A stretch of 64,000 nucleotides of DNA, taken from a bacterium (GTDB lineage Bacteria; Patescibacteriota; Minisyncoccia; Phycocordibacterales; UBA5272). A model generated the notes under the pieces. The model worked only from the letters and a program-made list of their open reading frames with translations. It did no database searches and was not told the origin of the DNA. Positions 49,965 to 57,607 of the stretch are shown here, in pieces. Every line of letters starts with the position of its first letter. Positions within the stretch are counted from its first letter, which is position 1. Both the position numbers and the translations under genes were made by a program. The stretch is from assembly GCA_023267595.1 (NCBI GenBank), contig JAHFNB010000003.1, forward strand, positions 66,165 to 130,164. The letters run 5' to 3'.

Positions 49965-50073
49965 AATTAAAGTACAATAAAGTTAATAACCTAAGTATAC
50001 ATCAAAAATAGACCCTCTGTATACACAGGTTATATAGCATAAAACCTCTTAGGTTTGGTATACTCTACTATAT

Positions 50074-50658
50074 ATGCAAACACACACATTTACTTATGGA
50101 GAAATCTTTACTCATGCTTGGGCAAAAGTAAAAGAACATGCATGGTATATATTCCGTGTTTTTATTTTGATAGCCATAATCATGGGCGTTGCTCAAAAAC
50201 TTTTTCTCGTAACTCCACTTATTGATCTATTTGTCGGTATTGCTATAGTTGCAATCTCACTAGTTATAGCCTCTGGTAAGAAACCAACATTCGAGGATCT
50301 CTTCGAGAGTTTCAAAACCTACAAAATAACATTCCATTATTTCGTTGCTTCACTTCTCGTTTTACTCTCCGTTATACTAGGAACAATTCTTCTTATTCTT
50401 CCTGGTATTTACTTGGCAGTTCGCTTACAATTCTACAAGTTTTTGATAGTAGAAAATGAAACCATGAGTCCAACACATGCACTCAAAGAAAGTATGAGAA
50501 TTACGAAAGGTAAATTCTGGAAACTTTTTGGATTTGTTATCCTCATTATTTTACTCAACCTTCTTGGACTCCTTTGTCTTGGTATTGGACTACTTATCAC
50601 TATTCCTGTATCTATACTTGCTCATGCATTTCTCTATAAAAAACTCACGAGCAAATAA
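50074..50658 (+). CDS. hypothetical integral membrane protein
   Basis: The 194-aa product has 4-5 transmembrane helices. I recognise no family. It lies upstream of the two-component system. Confidence 0.45.
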   Translation: MQTHTFTYGEIFTHAWAKVKEHAWYIFRVFILIAIIMGVAQKLFLVTPLIDLFVGIAIVAISLVIASGKKPTFEDLFESFKTYKITFHYFVASLLVLLSVILGTILLILPGIYLAVRLQFYKFLIVENETMSPTHALKESMRITKGKFWKLFGFVILIILLNLLGLLCLGIGLLITIPVSILAHAFLYKKLTSK

Positions 50659-50718
50659 ACATAGTCTTCTGTAAAAGTTACCTTGACTATATTTTAATAA
50701 AAGTTTAATATAATAAGT

Positions 50719-51390
50719 ATGACTATACTTATTATTGAAGATGAGAAAAAACTCGTAGAAATCCTGAAAAAAGCACTTCGTGGAGAACGTTATGCATTTG
50801 ATATTGCATATGATGGAGAAGAAGGTTTTCAAAAAGCCCTCACAGGAAACTATGGTTTAATCATCCTTGATCTTTCTCTTCCAAAAAAAGATGGCATGGA
50901 CGTGTGTAAAGAACTTCGGGCTCGTATGATTCATACCCCTATCATCATGCTCACCGCACGTGGTGTTATAGAAAATAGAGTAAATGGATTAGATGTTGGT
51001 GCAGATGATTACCTTTTGAAACCATTTTCACTTGATGAATTGTTTGCTCGTATTCGTGCCGTGCTTCGCCGTCGTAAAGTAACAGAGATTCCACTTTTTA
51101 ATATCGCAGACCTTGTTGTCGATGGAAAACGTCATCAAGTAACACGTGCTAGTAAAGCACTTTCACTAACACCCAAAGAATACAGACTACTTGATACACT
51201 TATCCGCAATAAAGGCCAAGCAATCACACGTAAACAATTAATAGAAGAAGCATGGGGACCTCATTTTGTAGAAACTAATAATGAATTAAATGTTCATATT
51301 CGTTATCTCCGTCGAAAAATAGATTCTGATAGAGACGAACCACTGATTCAAACTATTCGTGGTGTAGGCTACGCACTTCGCGAAGCCTAA
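50719..51390 (+). CDS. OmpR-family response regulator
   Basis: It has a receiver domain (ILIIEDE...DLSLPKKDG) and a winged-helix C-terminus. Confidence 0.85.
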   Translation: MTILIIEDEKKLVEILKKALRGERYAFDIAYDGEEGFQKALTGNYGLIILDLSLPKKDGMDVCKELRARMIHTPIIMLTARGVIENRVNGLDVGADDYLLKPFSLDELFARIRAVLRRRKVTEIPLFNIADLVVDGKRHQVTRASKALSLTPKEYRLLDTLIRNKGQAITRKQLIEEAWGPHFVETNNELNVHIRYLRRKIDSDRDEPLIQTIRGVGYALREA

Positions 51391-51395
51391 AACTC

Positions 51396-52886
51396 ATGTA
51401 CGACGAACTCAAAAAACTAGAAAGTATACTACTCAAAGATGACAAGAACTTCCGTGCGGTGATGGATACATCCCCCATCATGCTTTGGCTTACAGAAAAG
51501 AAACTTACTGTCTATTTTAATAAAAGTTGGCTTAAATTTACTGGACGATCACTTGCAAAAGAACTAGGTAAAGGGTGGCTAGATAATGTGCACCCTGAAG
51601 ATTTGGCATTTTGTTGGAGAATCATTCCTGCTGCTTTTCATGCACAAACTCCTTATGAAATAGAATACAGGCTAAAACATCATAGTGGTAAATATAAATG
51701 GATACTAGAACAAGGCACTCCTATTTTTACAAAAGACGGAACATTTAAAGGATACGTTGGAGGATGTGTTGATATCGACGCACAGAAAAAGATAGAGATG
51801 AGATTACGCGAAAGTGAAGAACGCTATCGAAGACTGTTCGAAACTGCACATGATGGTATTTTAATCTTGGATTCAAAAACAGGAGAAATAACAGATGTTA
51901 ACCCATTCTTAGAAGAATTACTTGGCTATTCAAAAAAAGAATTCTTGGGGAAAAAACTCTGGGAAGTTGGAACATTTAAAAATATTAAAGAGAGTAAAGA
52001 AATGTTTAAAATACTTCAAGAAACTGGTTACGTACGGTATGAAGATCTTCCTCTTGAAACCAAAAATGGAAGGCATGTTGAAGTTGAATTTGTGAGTAAT
52101 GCCTATGTAGTGGGTGATGAACGTGTTATGCAATGCAATATTCGTGATATTACAGAAAGAAAGAAAATAGAGGTTGCCGATAAAGCACTCTTACTTCTTG
52201 AACAAGAAAGAGTAAAGAGTATTTTTATTGCAGATGCAACCCATGAACTACGTACTCCGCTTGCTATTATCAAAGGTAATATAGATTTGGCACTTCGTAC
52301 AACAAAAAATAACAAAACTATAACTGATACATTTAAGGCAATTGACACCGAAGTAACTCATCTTGCTAACATTCTTTCAGATATGACCATTCTGACAACA
52401 AATCAAAATTTTAATCAAATGATAACAACTAAGAAAATAAATCTCTCAGACTTGATTACTCGTATTGTAAAACGCTCACATATTATTGCTTTACCAAAAA
52501 ATATCAAAATCCACATGAAGAAATTACCTATACTTGCTATACAAGGAAATGCAATGTACTTAGAGAAACTCTTCTCTAATATTATTGCAAATGCAATTTT
52601 TTATGGAAAGGAAAAAGGGAAAGTAACTATTACAACAAAAAAGGAAAAAGGAAGAGTGCTCATCAGTATTTCTGATAATGGTATCGGTATACCTGCTCAA
52701 GATATCCCGCATATCTTTGAAAGATTTTATAGAACAAATGCGGCTCGCATTGTTAATCATGAAGGCACAGGTCTTGGGCTTGCCATATCTAAATGGGCAA
52801 TAGAAGCCCACAGTGGAACCATACATGTAACCAGTAAAGAAAAAAAAGGGACAACGTTCACCATTACTCTTCCTTTGGTGAAATAG
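51396..52886 (+). CDS. sensor histidine kinase with two PAS domains
   Basis: It has an H-box (HELRTPLAIIKGNIDLAL) and N/G boxes (GTGLGLAISK). PAS-like repeats lie N-terminal. No transmembrane segment is obvious, suggesting a cytoplasmic sensor. Confidence 0.85.
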   Translation: MYDELKKLESILLKDDKNFRAVMDTSPIMLWLTEKKLTVYFNKSWLKFTGRSLAKELGKGWLDNVHPEDLAFCWRIIPAAFHAQTPYEIEYRLKHHSGKYKWILEQGTPIFTKDGTFKGYVGGCVDIDAQKKIEMRLRESEERYRRLFETAHDGILILDSKTGEITDVNPFLEELLGYSKKEFLGKKLWEVGTFKNIKESKEMFKILQETGYVRYEDLPLETKNGRHVEVEFVSNAYVVGDERVMQCNIRDITERKKIEVADKALLLLEQERVKSIFIADATHELRTPLAIIKGNIDLALRTTKNNKTITDTFKAIDTEVTHLANILSDMTILTTNQNFNQMITTKKINLSDLITRIVKRSHIIALPKNIKIHMKKLPILAIQGNAMYLEKLFSNIIANAIFYGKEKGKVTITTKKEKGRVLISISDNGIGIPAQDIPHIFERFYRTNAARIVNHEGTGLGLAISKWAIEAHSGTIHVTSKEKKGTTFTITLPLVK

Positions 52887-53116
52887 CAGGTCTTGACACC
52901 AGGTATCAGTATAAAAAATATAAAGCATACTCCGTAAGGCTTTTATATCTATACAAGACTTTATACACATACATAGATCATTTTGCATACATTATAGATT
53001 GACACCTATATATCAAAAGACTACACTATTAAAATAACATTAAATTATTGATATTGCTGTTTGACATAAGAGTCTCTGTGTTTTCAATTCAATAAAAGTA
53101 TTTCTATAAATAAACC

Positions 53117-53761
53117 ATGAGCAAAACAATACATACTATTCTTGCAGAATACAAAACTACTCATAGTCTATATAGTGACTTCTGCCCTATCATGTTCAAT
53201 TTACTCGAAGATATGCTCAAAAAAGGTAAATACAAATACCATATCAACACAAGAATAAAAGATGTTTTAAGTTTACATGAAAAAATTGAACGAAAGAAAA
53301 GTAATGGTGTTCATTATAAACACATCCACGACATAGATGATATTGTTGGTATACGAATTGTTTTTTATACAGAAGCCGATAGAAAACGATTTCTACGTGC
53401 TATGCACAGAGAATTTACTAGTGCTATGACTATAGAAAAAGCAAAAGGTCCTCATGGATATTCTTCTATACATGCAATCACATCACTTGGGGAAAAACGT
53501 TCTGAACTTAGTGAATACAAACGATTCAAAGGATTAAAGTGTGAAATACAATTAACCCTGATACTAGATCACGCATGGGCAGAAGTAGAACATGACATCT
53601 TATACAAAGCAGGAGGCGTTGCAAATAAACTAGATCCGAAACACTATGAAAGTTTAAAAACTCGTATGGAGAAAGTTATGTCACAATATATAAAACAAGC
53701 ATCATCAGAATTAGAAAGTATAGTACAGGAAATAAAACGCATAAAGATTATTAAGAAATAG
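53117..53761 (+). CDS. RelA/SpoT-domain protein (small alarmone synthetase-like nucleotidyltransferase)
   Basis: Four synthetase motifs are present: RIKDVLSL (RxKD), DIVGIRIV, GYSSIH and EIQLT...HAWAEVEH..LYK. The protein is 214 aa with no hydrolase or regulatory domains. Confidence 0.75.
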   Translation: MSKTIHTILAEYKTTHSLYSDFCPIMFNLLEDMLKKGKYKYHINTRIKDVLSLHEKIERKKSNGVHYKHIHDIDDIVGIRIVFYTEADRKRFLRAMHREFTSAMTIEKAKGPHGYSSIHAITSLGEKRSELSEYKRFKGLKCEIQLTLILDHAWAEVEHDILYKAGGVANKLDPKHYESLKTRMEKVMSQYIKQASSELESIVQEIKRIKIIKK

Positions 53762-53808
53762 GAGTCAGTTGCTTAAAAGAGTTTAATTTTGTATTATAAA
53801 GCCTACAT

Positions 53809-53880
53809 TCCGTGGTAGCTCAGCGGTAGAGCAGCTCGCTGTTAACGAGTTGGTCGTAGGTTCGATCCCTACCCACGGAG
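53809..53880 (+). tRNA. tRNA-Asn (anticodon GTT)
   Basis: A manual cloverleaf fold works. The acceptor arms TCCGTGG/CCACGGA pair perfectly. The D-stem is GCTC/GAGC. The anticodon stem GCTCG/CGAGT carries the loop CTGTTAA. The T-arm is GTAGG-TTCGATC-CCTAC and the discriminator is G. No CCA is encoded. Confidence 0.9.
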
Positions 53881-55587
53881 CAGTATTGGACACACGTCCA
53901 CGAAAGCCTCATTTCGGTCTGAAATATCAATGATATTTTTAGGTTCGAACTGAGGATTTTTCGTTTTTGCTTGAAGAAGTCCTTTTTGAATTACTTCGTA
54001 CAAGATTCCCTTTGTACTACTTAGATTTTTTTCTTTTAATGTTAAGTTCGAACCTAAGAGACGTAATGCTTCCACCTTCTCATCATAAGTTCCATTTTCA
54101 ATTATTTCTTCAACTTCTACTAAGATTTCAAATTTGTCATCTACGCTCTTTGTAATCACCTTATCTCCTCGTTTAAGCCCCATTTTTGCCCTTAGATGGC
54201 CTATTTCTTCTTGGGTTTTAGCTATCCTTAAAGAAGTGTCTTCCTCATCAAATATTCCTTTTTGGTAGCCGTCTCTTATTTTTTGCTTCTCTTTCTCAAG
54301 TCGTTCTATTTTTTTAATATGACCTTCTTCTACTTCTCCCTTTAACTTTCCTTCTTCTCGTTCTAACATTACTATGCTACTAAGACACCAATCTTTTAAA
54401 GCTGGAGAGATTGCTAATGGTAGTATAAAGTTCTTTTTGAGATGTATGTCTATATCTGATTCCTTAACACTCCCTCCGGGGCACTCTCTATCTCTTTTTC
54501 GAGTACAGTGGTAGTAGATATAGCGAAGCTTTGTACTATTTTTTATCTTTGTTAAAGGTATTTTACATTTTGGGCAATCCTCCTTGTTTTTATATGAGAA
54601 TTTATACTTACAATTCAGACATATCATCTGTTCTTTCTTCTCTGCTGTTACAGACCCTCCACAATTACCACACAGCATAAACCTTTTATATGGGAATTCT
54701 TCTACATAGGTCCACGCTCTTTCTGCACCTGTTCTATGTATCATACTAAGTATCTTCTTATGCTCTTTTTCTGTTATCACTCTTGGAACATCTTTATTTA
54801 CTTCATATCTAACGAGATCTCCATTATCGTCTTTGCCGTAAAAGAACCCTGCGTAGAACGGATCCTTGAGCATGTAGTAGAAGCTTGATAGTTTTATTGC
54901 CACCCCACCAATATTCTTTCTTTGGGTTGTTGTTAAGTTATATTTTTCAACACTGAGTCTATGTAATTGTCTTACCGAGTATTTCTCACTAAGGAATAAC
55001 TTAAAGATGTTCCTTACAATACCAAATCTTTCTCTGTCAGGTAGAATCTTTCTTAACCCTTTTTCTCCTTTATCATTTAGATATCCTACCTTGGCAATTC
55101 CGCCCGGGTACCCCATTCTTCGTTTTTTAACAAGCCCGCGCATAACGTTTTCTCCCTTATTATCATTTTCCATCTTTGCTTGTATACAAAGCATATTGAA
55201 GAAGAATTTATCGCTTGGAGTATTGGAGAATATCTGTTGGTGGGTAATTATGTATTTAAGTTTTCCCTCATCCATCAAATCAATCAGCCTTCCTGCATCT
55301 CCAGCATTACGAGACAATCTATCTGGGTGCCATGTAATAATTCCATCGATCACACCTTTTTCTATTCCTCTTATCATTTGTTCAAATACTGGACGAGTTC
55401 TTGACTTCTTAGCTGATTTTGATTCACGAAATATACTTTCCTTCGGTATATGTACTTTGTATTCTTTTGCTAACTTTAGATTTTGTTCTATCTGTGACTC
55501 AATAGAAAGAACCTGTCTATCTTCTTGCTCACTTGATTTTCTACTATACTCTCCAAACTTTACTTTTGATAAGTCGTAATTTTTCAT
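53869..55587 (-). CDS. large serine recombinase (integrase)
   Basis: It has an N-terminal resolvase-type catalytic domain (YSRKSSEQEDRQ...ITWHPDRLSR), a recombinase domain and a Cys-rich zinc ribbon (CGNCGG...CLNCKYKF...CPKCK). Its 3' end overlaps the last 12 nt of tRNA-Asn. Confidence 0.85.
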   Translation of the reverse strand: MKNYDLSKVKFGEYSRKSSEQEDRQVLSIESQIEQNLKLAKEYKVHIPKESIFRESKSAKKSRTRPVFEQMIRGIEKGVIDGIITWHPDRLSRNAGDAGRLIDLMDEGKLKYIITHQQIFSNTPSDKFFFNMLCIQAKMENDNKGENVMRGLVKKRRMGYPGGIAKVGYLNDKGEKGLRKILPDRERFGIVRNIFKLFLSEKYSVRQLHRLSVEKYNLTTTQRKNIGGVAIKLSSFYYMLKDPFYAGFFYGKDDNGDLVRYEVNKDVPRVITEKEHKKILSMIHRTGAERAWTYVEEFPYKRFMLCGNCGGSVTAEKKEQMICLNCKYKFSYKNKEDCPKCKIPLTKIKNSTKLRYIYYHCTRKRDRECPGGSVKESDIDIHLKKNFILPLAISPALKDWCLSSIVMLEREEGKLKGEVEEGHIKKIERLEKEKQKIRDGYQKGIFDEEDTSLRIAKTQEEIGHLRAKMGLKRGDKVITKSVDDKFEILVEVEEIIENGTYDEKVEALRLLGSNLTLKEKNLSSTKGILYEVIQKGLLQAKTKNPQFEPKNIIDISDRNEAFVDVCPILLRG

Positions 55588-55612
55588 AGCTTCAGTTGTA
55601 ATTAACGCACAC

Positions 55613-55789
55613 TTACTTATTAAGGCAAGTGACTATCTTATTTTGGTGATGTTTTTTCGCCAGAAGTGTAAGATGCGATAATGCTTCAGCAAACTCTAAC
55701 AAGTCTTGACGCTCTAACATAACCCCATAATCTCGGTAAATTATGGAGGACAGTTCTTTTAACTTGTAGTGTTTTGTATTTGCTGACAT
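55613..55789 (-). CDS. small putative DNA-binding protein next to the integrase (possible excisionase or regulator)
   Basis: The 58-aa product reads MSANTKHYKLKELSSIIYRDYGVMLERQDLLEFAEAL..., which is HTH-like. An AAAGGTGG RBS lies about 10 nt upstream. The longer track ORF starts further upstream. Confidence 0.3.
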   Translation of the reverse strand: MSANTKHYKLKELSSIIYRDYGVMLERQDLLEFAEALSHLTLLAKKHHQNKIVTCLNK

Positions 55790-55882
55790 GAATAGAAAAC
55801 CACCTTTCACCAGACAGGGCTCAGCCCTGAAACCTGTCCAGTGAAAGATGGGTTTTAATTGGGCTGAGATAGAATGCAAAAA

Positions 55883-55928
55883 GCCCCAAGATTAGTCTGA
55901 CTCTCTATGAGTTAGATTAATCTTGGGG
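55883..55928. repeat. 46-nt near-perfect palindrome
   Basis: The outer arms GCCCCAAGATTA...TAATCTTGGGGC are 12 bp and perfect, with partial inner pairing. Confidence 0.6.
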
Positions 55929-56244
55929 CTTCTTCCAACCTTCGGTTTTCACAAAGGCAATCGACATGGCAGTAATTACTATACCGTCAAAAGTTTACTT
56001 CAAAGCATCCTACCTCGTTACTGTATTAGGATAATGGTTAGACAGATTACAGCTGTCTGCACCTGTAGACACTTAGTGTCTCACGGTTGTTTGCGGTCGA
56101 TTCATTCCAATATTGTTTTGTTCCTGTCTGATTATAATTGTAGCACCTTCATTATTCCACACAAGATGGCTCAAAATGTACCCTCGACCCACTTATTTAG
56201 TATCGTTTGATTCTTTCATTTTTTTCAATTAATCAAAGGTTTTT

Positions 56245-56385
56245 GCTCAAACTGATTTCGTTGCAGAAATCAGTTTTTCAATCACTGTGTGTGTTTTTGC
56301 GTTTGCTGATTACGTGTCAGAAATCAAGTTTTCAGCAAGTTTGGTCAATCTGATTTCGTTTCTTTTTTCAGTTTTTCAGTTTTGT
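56245..56385. repeat. array of CTGATTT/AAATCAG half-sites and TTTTCAGT direct repeats upstream of the CPBP gene
   Basis: AAACTGATTT-cgttgcag-AAATCAGTTT is a 10-bp inverted repeat. It is followed by GCTGATTACGTGTCAGAAATCAAG, TCTGATTTCGTTTC and TTTTTCAGTTTTTCAGTTTTG. Confidence 0.5.
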
Positions 56386-56401
56386 AAGCGATAATAGTGC
56401 T

Positions 56402-56887
56402 ATGTACATAAGGATATTCAAGCAATACATGTCTCCGTTCTTGATCGGTGCGCTCGTCATGGCGCTGTATGCTTGTTACATCACGAACATTGGTTTACCT
56501 TCCTTCATAAGTGGTGACACTGTGTGTGTCGCAATGCTTGAGGAAGTTCTAAAGTTAGGCGCTGGAATCTTCCTGATCTATGTATTGAAACTTACCCCGG
56601 GTAGGATCATTTTGTCCTCCGCAGGTTTTGGATTCTATGAGCAGTTGGAACATCTTACCTACAGCATTGGCACCTTCAGTTTTGTTCCAATTGTGATGCA
56701 CACGGTTTCAGGTCTGGTTATGGCTCATTTTCTGCTCAAAGCTTTCCAAGGTGAGCACAAGCGTCATAAGTATGTTTTCTATGCCTTACTGGGCGGAATT
56801 TCGGTCCACGCGGTGTACAACATCCTTCCCAGTGTGACCTTAAAGATCTTATATGTCGTCTTGGTTGGTTTTCTTGTGGGAATCTAA
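56402..56887 (+). CDS. CPBP/Abi (PrsW-like) family intramembrane metalloprotease
   Basis: The 161-aa polytopic protein carries the three family motifs EEVLK (EExxK/R), FGFYE (FxxxE/H) and HAVYN (HxxxN). Confidence 0.5.
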   Translation: MYIRIFKQYMSPFLIGALVMALYACYITNIGLPSFISGDTVCVAMLEEVLKLGAGIFLIYVLKLTPGRIILSSAGFGFYEQLEHLTYSIGTFSFVPIVMHTVSGLVMAHFLLKAFQGEHKRHKYVFYALLGGISVHAVYNILPSVTLKILYVVLVGFLVGI

Positions 56888-57205
56888 TCTCATCACTCCT
56901 GTGATAAGTGCTATCGCAAGCATTGAGAACCACCTCACTTCAAAGGTAACCCTATCTTCCATCCATGTGCATTCTCCGTCTCTGGACCATGATAAGCAGT
57001 TGTCTCCTGCGAATGCTACTGCCGCCAATGTAAGGAGTATTAAACATCCAGTCCAAACGATGACACCGAAGACCTTTCTCCACGTCTTTACCTTATAGAA
57101 ATATTTGTGAGCTTCTTCAGCAAATGTTGTATGAACAACATACAGCACTCCGAAGGCAATGAATGTCTTTACTGCTCCTACGAAGATCTTGTCTAAGATT
57201 TCCAT
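56849..57205 (-). CDS. hypothetical small membrane protein (3 TM)
   Basis: This 118-aa ORF has three hydrophobic helices. Its 3' end overlaps the convergent CPBP gene by 39 nt. Confidence 0.4.
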   Translation of the reverse strand: MEILDKIFVGAVKTFIAFGVLYVVHTTFAEEAHKYFYKVKTWRKVFGVIVWTGCLILLTLAAVAFAGDNCLSWSRDGECTWMEDRVTFEVRWFSMLAIALITGVMRLDSHKKTNQDDI

Positions 57206-57208
57206 AGG

Positions 57209-57376
57209 CTACTTTTTATTATCTGGCCAGTACTCTTTCTTCAGCCAATAAACCAGTCCGGCATAGAGACTGTAACGAAGGAGGATTCCTAAGACCTCTT
57301 TCAGATCGAATGCTTGGGTGATGCTGTATCCTGCCATCAATCCAAGGATTGCGTATATTGCGTATTCTTTTTTCAT
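57209..57376 (-). CDS. hypothetical very small membrane protein (2 TM)
   Basis: Manual translation gives MKKEYAIYAILGLMAGYSITQAFDLKEVLGILLRYSLYAGLVYWLKKEYWPDNKK. It is below the ORF-track cut-off and immediately upstream of the 118-aa ORF. Confidence 0.3.
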   Translation of the reverse strand: MKKEYAIYAILGLMAGYSITQAFDLKEVLGILLRYSLYAGLVYWLKKEYWPDNKK

Positions 57377-57377
57377 G

Positions 57378-57527
57378 CACTGTAGCGGTTTACTTATGTC
57401 TCACTGGAGTCGCTCCGACAAGAGACTCCCCACCGTTGCGATAGACTTGCGTCCATCCATATCCAGTTTCCCAGACATGACCGCTACAGTGACTCCGATG
57501 GGGAGACTCTTGTACTGTAGCGGTTTT
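57378..57527. repeat. GC-rich non-coding segment with three copies of ACTGTAGCGGTT (direct, inverted, direct)
   Basis: CACTGTAGCGGTTT lies at 57378..57391. Its reverse complement GACCGCTACAGTG lies at 57479..57491. ACTGTAGCGGTTTT lies at 57514..57527. AGAGACTCCCC and GGGGAGACTCT motifs sit in between. Confidence 0.6.
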
Positions 57528-57607
57528 AATTGTTTGCCATGCCATGAATGGTTTAGGCTATAGGTTACATGTTATCAAATTTTATATCCTTTATCTATCT
57601 TATTTAA

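Noticed and set aside
52560-52988. 142-aa minus-strand ORF
   Set aside because: It is antisense to the histidine-kinase 3' end and runs into the intergenic region.
55007-55579. 190-aa plus-strand ORF
   Set aside because: It is antisense inside the serine recombinase gene.
55923-56210. 95-aa plus-strand ORF in the repeat-rich spacer
   Set aside because: It has no RBS and an odd composition. It spans palindromes and half-site repeats, and the region looks like regulatory or att DNA rather than coding.
57318-57563. 81-aa plus-strand ORF
   Set aside because: It overlaps the small membrane ORF on the other strand and the GC-rich repeat element. It has no RBS.
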